A DNA stretch of 58,443 nt, from NCBI GenBank assembly GCA_910577445.1, contig CAJTMZ010000007.1, forward strand, positions 1 to 58,443, written 5' to 3'. Shown here piece after piece: positions 1-9,588 of the stretch (the first letter of the stretch is position 1; each line of letters opens with the position of its first letter). The translations under genes were made by a program, and so were the position numbers. The DNA comes from an uncultured Lachnospiraceae bacterium (GTDB lineage: Bacteria > Bacillota > Clostridia > Lachnospirales > Lachnospiraceae). The notes under the pieces were generated by a model. That model was given only the letters and a program-made list of their open reading frames with translations, was not told the DNA's origin and ran no database searches.

Positions 1-6
1 GCAATC

Positions 7-213
7 TTGTCCGTCCTGTTGGAGTGGTTTTGTCCCGTCCGGAACTGGAAGATTGAAGATGATTTATGGCACCACCCGCGAAAATATATTGTACCGCTGA
101 TTATGTTTTTGATTGCAGGGCTTATCGGTATGTGGTCTGTAAGTATATGGGTTTTGCTCTGCATTGTCATAGCTGAAGTTTTAAGCTTATCGCTTGTCGT
201 AAGGAGGATATAA
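7..213 (+). CDS. Small hydrophobic membrane protein, probably 5'-truncated by the window edge
   Basis: 68-aa ORF with two hydrophobic stretches; its 3' end contains the RBS (aggagg) of the next gene. Confidence 0.5.
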   Translation: MSVLLEWFCPVRNWKIEDDLWHHPRKYIVPLIMFLIAGLIGMWSVSIWVLLCIVIAEVLSLSLVVRRI

Positions 214-217
214 TACC

Positions 218-439
218 ATGAAAAATACAAAACGCTGCCCTAAATGCAGCTCACAAAATATTGTCCGTGTTCCCGATAACCAAAACCGTCATGCCAGCGG
301 GAACAATATTTATACTTCGACCTTTACATTGATGAAAAAAATCCCGGTTATACGCTATGTCTGCCGCGATTGCGGATATGTGGAGAACTGGGTGGAAACG
401 CAAAGAGAACGTGACGAAATTAAGCGCACATTTGGATAA
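218..439 (+). CDS. Small zinc-ribbon hypothetical protein
   Basis: CPKC...CRDCG motifs; aggagg RBS upstream. Confidence 0.75.
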   Translation: MKNTKRCPKCSSQNIVRVPDNQNRHASGNNIYTSTFTLMKKIPVIRYVCRDCGYVENWVETQRERDEIKRTFG

Positions 440-457
440 TGCAAGGAGGGTTGCAAA

Positions 458-1198
458 ATGGAAAACATTATCCTGCAAACACACGGAATATCCGTAAAAT
501 ATGGAAAGTTCCTTGCGCTTGACGATGTAAGCATTAGTCTTAAAAATAAGCATATATACGGCTTTATTGGTGAGAACGGCGCAGGTAAGACTACACTGAT
601 GAAAGTGCTGACAGGGCTGCTTTACCCGACAAACGGTGATTTTTCGCTGTTCGGGAAGAACAGGCCATGCGATATTCTGAAAATGCGCCGACATATCGGC
701 AGCATCATTGAAGCTCCAGCCCTTTATCCGGAATACTCCGCTTACCGTAATCTTGAATTACAGCGTATCCTTATCGGCAATCCCGACAGGGAAATATGTG
801 ATAAGCTGCTTGGAATGGTGGGAATGACCGAGGTTAAGGATAAGAAAGTAGGAAAATTCTCTATGGGCATGAAGCAAAGACTTAGCATAGCAATGGCTCT
901 TGTCGGCAAGCCGAGGCTGCTTATACTTGACGAACCGATAAACGGTCTTGATGCGAAAAACATATCTGAACTGCGCAGCTTGCTCAAAAGGCTGAATGAG
1001 GAAAACGGCGTAACACTGTTCTTATCAAGCCATATCCTTAACGAGCTTTATCTGCTTGCCACGGATTACTATATTATCCACAAGGGGAGAATAATCAAGT
1101 CGCTCACCCATAATGAACTTGACGAAAAACTTTCAGTTACGGGGCAAAGCCTTGAAGAATACTTTCTTAGTATTACGGGAGGTGACAGCAATGTATAA
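458..1198 (+). CDS. ABC transporter ATP-binding protein (BcrA/lantibiotic-immunity-like)
   Basis: Walker A GENGAGKT, signature FSMGMKQ, Walker B LLILDEP, SSH switch. Confidence 0.9.
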   Translation: MENIILQTHGISVKYGKFLALDDVSISLKNKHIYGFIGENGAGKTTLMKVLTGLLYPTNGDFSLFGKNRPCDILKMRRHIGSIIEAPALYPEYSAYRNLELQRILIGNPDREICDKLLGMVGMTEVKDKKVGKFSMGMKQRLSIAMALVGKPRLLILDEPINGLDAKNISELRSLLKRLNEENGVTLFLSSHILNELYLLATDYYIIHKGRIIKSLTHNELDEKLSVTGQSLEEYFLSITGGDSNV

Positions 1199-1886
1199 TC
1201 AGCTAATCATTGAAAAATACAAAGCGAAAAGATTTATTATCATGTATCTTGCGGCGGTTGTTCTTGCAGCAGCAGGATTTTTCCTTGGATTTCTGAAACT
1301 CCCGGAAAATCTTGATACAGCAACGGTGTTTTCTTTTTCGATTTGCGATACATCTTTTATGTTTATCATTTCACTTGTTACTGCCTGGTTTGCAGGAAAT
1401 GATTTTCTAAACCGAACAATACATAATGAGATAAAGGCAGGGTACAGCCGTTTTTCAGTGTTTGTTACAAGAACTATTACAGCCGTTATCATGGCGGTGC
1501 TGCTGCATTTAACCTATGTTTTCGCAACAGTTATCGGATTTGCTGTTAAATACAGGTTTGACAGTAGTATATTTTCTGTTACGGATTTTGTTTGGCTGCT
1601 GGTAATCATGTTGCAGATATGTGCCAACATCTGTATCGTTATGTTTATTGTCTTTGCCCTCAAAAAAGTTGCATCGGGAATAGCTGTAACGGTTGTGTTC
1701 AGCTTTGTGTCCTGCAATATCCTTAGAAACTTCATCAGAGAGAGTGTTTTCCGGCTGACCTGTTTCAGCCTTGCACAAACGAGTGATAACAGAACACTTG
1801 CATTGTCGGCGGTGTTTGCAGCAGCGGTGATTGTTATTTCACTGACAGCAACACACTTAGTTTTCAGAAAATCCGAGATAAAATAA
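1191..1886 (+). CDS. ABC-2 type permease partnering the upstream ATPase
   Basis: About six TM segments; ATG at 1191 after ggaggtg, overlapping the ATPase stop. Confidence 0.85.
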   Translation: MYNQLIIEKYKAKRFIIMYLAAVVLAAAGFFLGFLKLPENLDTATVFSFSICDTSFMFIISLVTAWFAGNDFLNRTIHNEIKAGYSRFSVFVTRTITAVIMAVLLHLTYVFATVIGFAVKYRFDSSIFSVTDFVWLLVIMLQICANICIVMFIVFALKKVASGIAVTVVFSFVSCNILRNFIRESVFRLTCFSLAQTSDNRTLALSAVFAAAVIVISLTATHLVFRKSEIK

Positions 1887-2026
1887 GAATTTCAGTTATG
1901 ATATCTTTACAACAATAAAATTTGCCTTAATAAAGCAAATGGGATATTCTTATTTGTGTGGAATAATATATATTTGCTTTAATGCTTTTTAATGTTAAAT
2001 ATACCTGCATGAAGGAGGTACGGACA

Positions 2027-2311
2027 GTGAACGACAAAGTTTATGAATATGAATCCGTAATTTACGAAGCCGGACAAAAAGGCGGCGCGTACGTTATTTT
2101 TCCATACGATATCCGTAAAGAATTTGGCCGGGGACGGGTGAGGGCGCATGTCACTTTTGACGGGGCGCCGTATGACGGCAGCATTGTAAATATGGGCGTC
2201 AAAAATGATGATGGAAGTATCTGCTATATTATAGGGATACGAAAGGATATCCGCGCCCAAATAGGAAAACAGCCGGGGGACAGGGTTTTTGTGACCGTTA
2301 ATTGCTCCTGA
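2027..2311 (+). CDS. DUF1905-like small protein
   Basis: GGAYVIFPYD...GRVRAHVTFDG...IRAQIGKQPGD pattern; GTG start after aaggagg. Confidence 0.75.
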   Translation: MNDKVYEYESVIYEAGQKGGAYVIFPYDIRKEFGRGRVRAHVTFDGAPYDGSIVNMGVKNDDGSICYIIGIRKDIRAQIGKQPGDRVFVTVNCS

Positions 2312-3770
2312 CCGATTTTTTTCCTTCCTCATAATCCCGCAGCGCCTCCATTGCCTTAGGAGCCAGAGGTATGAGCACTATCATGTTGAAAACAGTCATC
2401 AGCCCCACACCGATATCCCCCAAATCCCACACAAAGGTGTAGGCGGCCAGACCGCCGATAAACAGCATAATAAGAGCCAGAACCTTGTAAAGCGTCTGGG
2501 AAAGCCAGTTATCCCCGAAAAGATAGGCCACATTGGACCTTGCGTAAAAGAGGATGCCGATAAAGGTGGAAAAGCTGAACAGCCAGAGAATGGCGGCGAT
2601 AAAGATAACGCCGAATTCTCCCATATGGTACTCCATGGCCGTCTGCAGAAGGTCCATGCCGGAGAGCCCGTCCGTCAGCTCTGCCGGGGCAAGGAGCATA
2701 ATCATGGCGGAACAACTGCAGATGACAAGGGTGTCAATAAAAACGCCCAGCGCCTGCAGGAGTCCTTCCTTTGCCGGATGGCTGACATCCGCGGCGGCTG
2801 CTGCGCAGGGAGCGGAGCCGGAACCGGCCTCGTTGGAAAAAAGTCCTCTTTTTGCGCCGTTCATAATCACGGCGCCGATGCCGCCTGCGACCGCCTGCCG
2901 AAGGCCGAAGGCTTCCGCAAAAATTCTCTGGAAGATAGCGGGAAGCTGACCGGCGTTTTTGAAGATGATAAACAGCGTTATCACAAAATAGCAGACCGCC
3001 ATAACGGGAACCATGATATCCAGAACCTTTACCGTGGCGTTTTTGCGCAGCACAATCACGGCGGCTATGATTACCAGAACCGCGGTGGTATAAAGGGGCG
3101 GGATGCGGAAAGCGTTCTCAAAGGCCGAGGAGACGGAATTGCCGATTACCTGGCTGATGCCGCACCAGCAAATCAGGCCGGAGAGCGCAAATAAAACGGC
3201 AATCACGGAATGTCTGCGGCCTTTGCCCTGCATGCTTTTGGCGTCTCTTCCCTTCCCTGAGAGGAAAAAATGGTGGATATAATAAGCGGGGCCGCCCCGA
3301 TACCCGCCGTAAAGGGGGTCTTTTTCCTTATAAAGCTGCGCCAGGGTGGCTTCGGTGAAAGCGGTGGAGGAGCCAAGGAGGGCAATCACCCACATCCAGA
3401 AAACCGCGCCCGCGCCGCCGGCGGAAATGGCGGCGACCACGCCCACCAGATTTCCCATTCCCACACGGGTGGCGGTTGACAAAAACAATGTCTGCAGGCC
3501 GGAAATCGCGCCTTTCTGCGAGGACTCCTTTGTCTGTGCAGTGAGCTTTACCATTTCCGGGAACATGCGGAAAGGAAGAAAGCGGGTGCGGAGAGTGAAG
3601 TAAATTCCCGACGGAATCAGAATCAGGATGAGCAGGGAAAGCCCAAGGGAGCTGCCGCCCGGTAAGGGGATGGTGATAAGGTCTCCCCAGAGTATGTGGT
3701 AAACAGAGTGAAAAACTGCCAGAGCGGCGTTTTTTATGGTTTCAAAAAATGTCATTGTCATTATCCTCAT
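2298..3770 (-). CDS. Alanine/glycine:cation symporter (AGCS family)
   Basis: RVGMGNLVGV, GAVFWMW, RGGPAYY and RGLFSNEAGSGS motifs; multiple TM segments; exact start uncertain. Confidence 0.92.
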   Translation of the reverse strand: MRIMTMTFFETIKNAALAVFHSVYHILWGDLITIPLPGGSSLGLSLLILILIPSGIYFTLRTRFLPFRMFPEMVKLTAQTKESSQKGAISGLQTLFLSTATRVGMGNLVGVVAAISAGGAGAVFWMWVIALLGSSTAFTEATLAQLYKEKDPLYGGYRGGPAYYIHHFFLSGKGRDAKSMQGKGRRHSVIAVLFALSGLICWCGISQVIGNSVSSAFENAFRIPPLYTTAVLVIIAAVIVLRKNATVKVLDIMVPVMAVCYFVITLFIIFKNAGQLPAIFQRIFAEAFGLRQAVAGGIGAVIMNGAKRGLFSNEAGSGSAPCAAAAADVSHPAKEGLLQALGVFIDTLVICSCSAMIMLLAPAELTDGLSGMDLLQTAMEYHMGEFGVIFIAAILWLFSFSTFIGILFYARSNVAYLFGDNWLSQTLYKVLALIMLFIGGLAAYTFVWDLGDIGVGLMTVFNMIVLIPLAPKAMEALRDYEEGKKSVRSN

Positions 3771-3804
3771 TTGGCGTTTTGTACATGTCCGTTTGGTGTG
3801 TTTT

Positions 3805-4452
3805 TTATAGTTTCAGAAAATCCCTGACCTCCAGCAGATTTTGAAACTGACGAAACAGGAGGCTTTTGATTTCCTCGTCCGGTGCAATCAAATCAGGCAC
3901 CATAAGGGGCTTCATGCCTGCCCTGTGGGCGGAACGGATTCCGTTAGGCGAGTCCTCCACGGCGTAGCAGCAGGAGGGCGGAGTCTCTAAAAGGCCGCAG
4001 GCTTTCTGGTAAATTTCCGGGTGCGGCTTGCTGTGGGTTACCATATCCCCGCACACAATGGCCTGAAAGAAGCCTAAAAGCCCGATGCTCTCCATTTCCT
4101 CTAAGACAAGGCTTTTCCTCGTAGAGGAAGCCAGTCCGATTCGGTAACCGTTTTCTTTCAGAAAGTCAAACAGCTCATACACTCCCGGTTTTACCGGAAG
4201 CCCGTGCTCTTTTATATTGGCGTGAAAAATCTCCGAAGACATAGCCTTATACTTCCGATAAGGGAAATCCGTTCCATATGTCCGCAGGAACAGGGCTTCC
4301 GTCTCCGGCGAGGTAATTCCGATGCACTGATACAAAGTCTTTTCAATATCCGTAATCCCGATTCTGTCAGCCACTTCTTTCCAGGCTTCCAGAATAAGGG
4401 CCTCGGTATCAATCAAAACCCCGTCCATATCAAAAACTATCGTTCGAATCAT
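3805..4452 (-). CDS. HAD-superfamily phosphatase (beta-PGM-like)
   Basis: FDMDGVLIDT motif I, KPHPEIY, EDSPNG. Confidence 0.9.
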   Translation of the reverse strand: MIRTIVFDMDGVLIDTEALILEAWKEVADRIGITDIEKTLYQCIGITSPETEALFLRTYGTDFPYRKYKAMSSEIFHANIKEHGLPVKPGVYELFDFLKENGYRIGLASSTRKSLVLEEMESIGLLGFFQAIVCGDMVTHSKPHPEIYQKACGLLETPPSCCYAVEDSPNGIRSAHRAGMKPLMVPDLIAPDEEIKSLLFRQFQNLLEVRDFLKL

Positions 4453-4665
4453 AATAAATCAACCTTTCCAAAACAAAGAAATTCCCGGCCTGCTGCCGGA
4501 CACCTCGTAAGCGGCAACACCAGTATACCCCATATGTACAAATAAAGAAACAATTTGCTACAAAAATCTTTGGGTTTATAGTATAATGATAAAGTTAGCT
4601 GGAAAGATTTGATTCCTGCAAAAACGGAACACGGCAGGAGGAACCGGAACAGGAGGATTGCATAT

Positions 4666-6069
4666 ATGGAAAATAAATTTGACGTAATTATCATCGGCGC
4701 CGGCCCCGGCGGCATTTTCTGCGCATATGAACTGATGGACAAAAAGAAGGATTTGCGGGTGCTGGTGGTTGAAAAAGGCCGTTCCATCGAAAAACGGCAG
4801 TGCCCCAAGCGGGTTACAAAGCAGTGCGTTGGCTGTAAGCCCTGCTCGATTACCACGGGCTTTGCGGGAGCGGGAGCTTTTTCAGACGGAAAGCTTTCTC
4901 TTTCCCCGGATGTGGGAGGAAATCTCCCGGCCATTTTAGGCTATGAAAAGACGGAAGAACTGATTAGGGAATCCGACAATATTTACCTGAAGTTCGGCGC
5001 GGATACCAGCGTTTACGGCATGGATAAGCAGGCGGAAATCAGGGAAATCAGGAAAAAGGCAATCAACGCCAACTTAAAGCTGGTGGAATGCCCGATTCGC
5101 CATTTAGGAACGGAGGAAGGGTATAAAATTTACGAAAAACTGCAGCATCATCTGGAAGAAGCGGGCGTGGTGCTGAAATTCAATACCATGGTGGAGGAAA
5201 TTCTTCTGGAAGAGGGCCGGGCCGTGGGAATCAGGACGGATAAAGGCGAAAACTTCTATGCCGGTGAAATCGTTTCCGCCGTGGGCCGGGAGGGCGCCGA
5301 CTGGTTCAACGCCAAATGCGGTGAAATCGGGATTGACACCACGCCGGGAACCGTGGACATCGGCGTCAGGGTGGAAGTGCGGGACGAAGTGATGCAGTTC
5401 CTCAACGAAAATCTCTATGAGGCGAAGCTGATTTACCACACGCCGACCTTTGACGATAAGGTGAGAACCTTCTGCACCAATCCTTCCGGCGAGGTGGCAA
5501 CGGAGTACTACGAGGGCGGACTGGCGGTGGTGAACGGCCATGCCTATAAGTCCCAGGACTTTAAGACGGACAACACCAACTTTGCCATCCTTGTGAGCAA
5601 GAACTTTACCAAGCCCTTTAAGACCCCTATTGAATACGGAAAGCATATCGCGCAGCTCTCCAACATGCTCTGCGGGGGCAAGATACTGGTGCAGACTTTC
5701 GGGGATTTCAAGAGAGGGCGAAGGACCACGGAGGAGAGGCTTTGCCGCAACAATCTGATGCCCACCTTAAAGGACGCCGTACCGGGCGATTTGTCATTGG
5801 TGTTCCCGCACCGGATTATGGTGGATATCGAGGAAATGCTGATTGCGCTGGATAAAATCACGCCCGGCATTGCGGCGGACGAGACCCTGCTTTACGGGGT
5901 AGAGGTGAAGTTTTACTCCAACAAGGTCGTGGTCAACAAGGACTTTGAAACCAGCATGAAGGGACTTCGGGCAATCGGCGACGGAGCCGGCGTGACCAGA
6001 GGGCTGCAGCAGGCATCCGCCAACGGCATCAGCGTGGCGAGAAGCATTCTGAGGGCTTTTTCAGCATGA
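4666..6069 (+). CDS. FAD/NAD(P)-dependent oxidoreductase
   Basis: GAGPGG dinucleotide-binding motif, GAGAFSDGK, C-terminal GDGAG; ATG at 4666 after aggagg. Confidence 0.88.
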   Translation: MENKFDVIIIGAGPGGIFCAYELMDKKKDLRVLVVEKGRSIEKRQCPKRVTKQCVGCKPCSITTGFAGAGAFSDGKLSLSPDVGGNLPAILGYEKTEELIRESDNIYLKFGADTSVYGMDKQAEIREIRKKAINANLKLVECPIRHLGTEEGYKIYEKLQHHLEEAGVVLKFNTMVEEILLEEGRAVGIRTDKGENFYAGEIVSAVGREGADWFNAKCGEIGIDTTPGTVDIGVRVEVRDEVMQFLNENLYEAKLIYHTPTFDDKVRTFCTNPSGEVATEYYEGGLAVVNGHAYKSQDFKTDNTNFAILVSKNFTKPFKTPIEYGKHIAQLSNMLCGGKILVQTFGDFKRGRRTTEERLCRNNLMPTLKDAVPGDLSLVFPHRIMVDIEEMLIALDKITPGIAADETLLYGVEVKFYSNKVVVNKDFETSMKGLRAIGDGAGVTRGLQQASANGISVARSILRAFSA

Positions 6070-7148
6070 GAGTGAATGGACGTATAAAGGATTGCCTGTT
6101 AAAGTACTGCCTGTGTTTTTTTCTGTGCGGTATTTTACTGCTTGCTTCGTGGGGCTGCGGGGAGAGCGAGGCGGAGATGCGGGTGGTGCTCACCACCGGC
6201 TTTAACAAGGACGAGATTTTCAGGATTGAAACCATGTCCTGTACCCTGCCGGAAGCCATGGTATACCTTACCAACACCCAGGACCAGTACGAGAGCGTCT
6301 ACGGGGTGGAAATATGGAAGACCAATTTAAACGGCGTGACCCTTGAGGAGAGCGTCAAGGACACGGTTCTCGCGGAGCTTGCCCAGATAAAGACCATGAA
6401 CCTGTTAGCGCAAAGGCAGGGGGTCAGCCTTGACGAGTCCGAGCTGAAACTGGCAAAGGCCGCCGCGGAGAAGTATTACGGCTCCTTAAACCAGGCGGAG
6501 CGGGAGGAAATGCAGGTGACGGAGGAAATTATCGAAAACCTCTATGCGGAATTTGCGCTTGCCGGCAAGGTGTACGAATATATCATAAAGGATATCTATC
6601 CTGAAATCAGCGACGACGAAGCCAGAACCATTACCATTTTAGACATTTTGATTAAAACCTGCACAACCGACGGAACCGGAAAAAAAATCGCCTATGAGGA
6701 AAGCGCGAAGGAGGATGCGTTAAGAAGGGCGAGAGAGGTTTTGCGCCTTGCGGGGGAAAAGGACAGCGACTTTGAACAGTTGGTTTTCCGGTACAGCGAA
6801 GGGGAAAAGGGTACTTTTTCCTTTGGAAAGGGCGAGACGGAAAAAGCCTTTGAGGACGCGGCTTTCAATTTGGGAACCGGGGAAATCAGCGATATTGTGG
6901 AAACCGAAGAGGGCTATCATATCATCAAATGCGTCAGCACCTTTAACCGGGAGGAAACCGACGCCAACAAGATTAAAATTGTGGAACAGAGAAGGGAAGA
7001 GGTGTTCGGGGAGGAATACGACGCCTTTGTGGAATCCCTCACAAGAACCCTGAACGAGGAGCTTTGGGACACCGTGACTTTCATAAAAAACGAGGAGGTG
7101 ACCACCAGGGATTTCTTCGATGTCTACAATGAATATTTTGGTTTATAA
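6066..7148 (+). CDS. Peptidyl-prolyl isomerase/foldase (PrsA/parvulin-like), exported or lipoprotein
   Basis: N-terminal signal ending LASWGC; FEDAAFNLGTGEISDIVETEEGYHIIK rotamase motif. Confidence 0.82.
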   Translation: MRVNGRIKDCLLKYCLCFFLCGILLLASWGCGESEAEMRVVLTTGFNKDEIFRIETMSCTLPEAMVYLTNTQDQYESVYGVEIWKTNLNGVTLEESVKDTVLAELAQIKTMNLLAQRQGVSLDESELKLAKAAAEKYYGSLNQAEREEMQVTEEIIENLYAEFALAGKVYEYIIKDIYPEISDDEARTITILDILIKTCTTDGTGKKIAYEESAKEDALRRAREVLRLAGEKDSDFEQLVFRYSEGEKGTFSFGKGETEKAFEDAAFNLGTGEISDIVETEEGYHIIKCVSTFNREETDANKIKIVEQRREEVFGEEYDAFVESLTRTLNEELWDTVTFIKNEEVTTRDFFDVYNEYFGL

Positions 7149-7199
7149 AAATTTTAGAATTGCGGAAAGCCTTGAAAATTGGGCATTTTCAACGAATTG

Positions 7200-7226
7200 T
7201 TAGCACTCATTTTTAATGAGTGCTAA
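7200..7226 (+). promoter_or_regulatory. CIRCE element (HrcA operator)
   Basis: Exact TTAGCACTC-N9-GAGTGCTAA upstream of htpG. Confidence 0.97.
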
Positions 7227-7233
7227 TTTTTCC

Positions 7234-7262
7234 TTGACAAGAAAAGCAAAGAGAATTACACT
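7234..7262 (+). promoter_or_regulatory. SigA-type promoter of htpG
   Basis: TTGACA (7234-7239), 17-bp spacer, TACACT (7257-7262). Confidence 0.75.
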
Positions 7263-7313
7263 TGATTTTAGTTGAAGAAACAAAGACTGGAAAAGAAAAA
7301 GGAGTGATTTATC

Positions 7314-9515
7314 GTGGCAGAGAAACACGGAAGCTTGTCTATTAACAGTGAAAACATATTCCCGATTATTAAGAAGTGGTTGTATTCGGACCATGATATC
7401 TTTTTCAGGGAATTGATTTCCAATGGCTGTGACGCCATCACCAAACTGAAAAAGCTGGATATGATGGGAGAGTATCCCTTACCGGAGGATTACAGGGGAA
7501 AAATTCAGGTTTTAGTCAACCCCGAGGAAAAGACGCTGAAGTTTATCGATAACGGTATCGGAATGACGGCGGACGAGGTGGAGGAATATATTAACCAGAT
7601 TGCTTTCTCCGGAGCAACGGATTTTATTGCAAAGTATAAGGATAAGACCAACGAGGACCAGATTATCGGCCATTTCGGACTGGGCTTTTACTCCGCTTTT
7701 ATGGTGGCGGACGAGGTGCATATCGACACCCTTTCCTGGCAGGAGGGCGCGGCCCCGGTACACTGGGAATGCGACGGCGGTACGGAATTTGACATGAAAG
7801 AGGGAGAACGCGCCGAGGTGGGAACCACCGTTACGCTTTTCCTGAACGAGGATGTACTGGAGTTTTGCAACGAATATAAGGCGAGAGAGGTTATTAAAAA
7901 ATACTGTTCTTTCATGCCGATAGAGATTTACCTTTCCAAGGAAAACACCACCGATACCCAGACCATTGACGCCGATGAAAAGCTGGAAACGGACACGGTT
8001 GTGGAGGAAATCAAGCCGGAGAAGGAAGAAGATAAGTTAAGATATAAAATTGTAAGGCGCCCCGAACTTTTGAACGAGACCAATCCGCTGTGGGCAAAGC
8101 ACCCCAATGAGTGCACCAAAGAGGAGTATCTTGAGTTTTACCGCAAGGTGTTCCAGGATTACAAGGAGCCTTTGTTCTGGATACATCTGAATATGGATTA
8201 TCCTTTCAACTTAAAGGGAATTTTGTACTTCCCCAAGATTAACATCGAGTATGAGTCCATCGAGGGTGTGATTAAGCTCTACAACAATCAGGTGTTTATC
8301 GCGGACAACATCAAGGAAGTGATTCCCGAGTTCCTGATGCTGCTTAAAGGTGTGATTGACTGTCCTGATTTGCCTCTTAACGTGTCCAGAAGCGCGCTGC
8401 AGAACGACGGTTTTGTAAAGAAGATTTCCGATTACATCACCAAGAAAGTGGCGGACAAGCTTTCCGGCATGTGCAAGACGGAAAAGGAAGAGTACGACAA
8501 ATACTGGGACGACATCAGTCCTTTCATTAAATTCGGCTGCTTAAAGGACGACAAGTTCTGTGAAAAGATGACGGACTACATTCTTTTCAAGAACCTGGAG
8601 GGCAAATATCTGACCCTTCCCGAATGCCTGGAAGTCAATAAGACTGACCCGGACGAGGCGGATGAAAAGGAAACCGCCGAAAAGACAGAAGGCGAAGAGA
8701 CGGCTGCCGACACGGAAGAAAACGCGGATAACGAAAGCGGTAAAGAGAATGCCGCAGAACAAGCGGATGGCGGAGCGGCGGATGACGAAAGCGAATCCGG
8801 GGATGTGGAAAAAGCATCCGGAGCCGACGTGGTTGACGCTGACGGCAACGTGATTGACGAAGAAGATGACGACGACGAGGAGTCCGGGGAAGAGGAGAAG
8901 AAAGAAAAGGTTATTTACTATGTAACCGACGAGAAACAGCAGAGCCAGTACATCAGCATGTTCAAGGCTGCCAAAATGGACGCCGTTATCCTCACCCACA
9001 ATATAGACCAGCCTTTTATTTCCCAGTTGGAGGCAAAAAATGAAGGCATTAAGTTCCAGAGAATCGATGCGGATTTGACGGATACCTTCAAGGCAAAGAC
9101 CAACAAAAAGACGGCAAAGGAATTAGAGGAAGCCGCCGAGGCCGTAAGCAAGGTGATGAAGAAAGTCCTGAAAAAGGATAAGATTACCATCAAGGTTGAA
9201 AAGCTGAAAAACAAGAAGATATCCTCCATGATAACCCTGTCCGAGGAGAGCAGGAGAATGCAGGATATGATGAAGATGTATTCCATGCCCGGTATGGGAA
9301 TGAACGATTTCGGAAAAGAGGGCGAGACGCTTATTTTAAACGCCAGCCATCCTCTCGTGAAATACATCATGGAGCATACGGAGGGCAGCAATGTCAATAT
9401 GATTTGCGAACAGCTCTACGATTTGGCCCTTTTGCAGCACGCGCCTCTTGAGCCGGAAGCCATGAGCAAGTTCGTGGCAAGAAGCAACGATATTATGATG
9501 CTGCTGACAAAGTAA
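7314..9515 (+). CDS. htpG: Molecular chaperone HtpG (Hsp90) with a long acidic insertion
   Basis: IFFRELISNGCDA, DNGIGMT, IGHFGLGFYSAFMVA and DLPLNVSRSALQ motifs; GTG start. Confidence 0.96.
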   Translation: MAEKHGSLSINSENIFPIIKKWLYSDHDIFFRELISNGCDAITKLKKLDMMGEYPLPEDYRGKIQVLVNPEEKTLKFIDNGIGMTADEVEEYINQIAFSGATDFIAKYKDKTNEDQIIGHFGLGFYSAFMVADEVHIDTLSWQEGAAPVHWECDGGTEFDMKEGERAEVGTTVTLFLNEDVLEFCNEYKAREVIKKYCSFMPIEIYLSKENTTDTQTIDADEKLETDTVVEEIKPEKEEDKLRYKIVRRPELLNETNPLWAKHPNECTKEEYLEFYRKVFQDYKEPLFWIHLNMDYPFNLKGILYFPKINIEYESIEGVIKLYNNQVFIADNIKEVIPEFLMLLKGVIDCPDLPLNVSRSALQNDGFVKKISDYITKKVADKLSGMCKTEKEEYDKYWDDISPFIKFGCLKDDKFCEKMTDYILFKNLEGKYLTLPECLEVNKTDPDEADEKETAEKTEGEETAADTEENADNESGKENAAEQADGGAADDESESGDVEKASGADVVDADGNVIDEEDDDDEESGEEEKKEKVIYYVTDEKQQSQYISMFKAAKMDAVILTHNIDQPFISQLEAKNEGIKFQRIDADLTDTFKAKTNKKTAKELEEAAEAVSKVMKKVLKKDKITIKVEKLKNKKISSMITLSEESRRMQDMMKMYSMPGMGMNDFGKEGETLILNASHPLVKYIMEHTEGSNVNMICEQLYDLALLQHAPLEPEAMSKFVARSNDIMMLLTK

Positions 9516-9531
9516 AGCGGCGAAAGCCTGT

Positions 9532-9560
9532 GACAGATTAAAAAATCTCTGCATAGTATA
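9532..9560 (+). promoter_or_regulatory. Putative sigK-type sporulation promoter of the sleC-like gene
   Basis: GACA (9532-9535), 16-bp spacer, CATAGTATA (9552-9560); matches the AC-N16/17-CATAnnnT consensus. Confidence 0.6.
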
Positions 9561-9588
9561 TGATAAGTATATATGCAGAGGTTTTTTT
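9541..9588 (+). terminator. Intrinsic terminator after htpG, overlapping the sleC promoter and RBS
   Basis: CTCTGCATA (9547-9555) / TATGCAGAG (9572-9580) stem followed by T7 immediately before the ATG at 9589. Confidence 0.7.
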
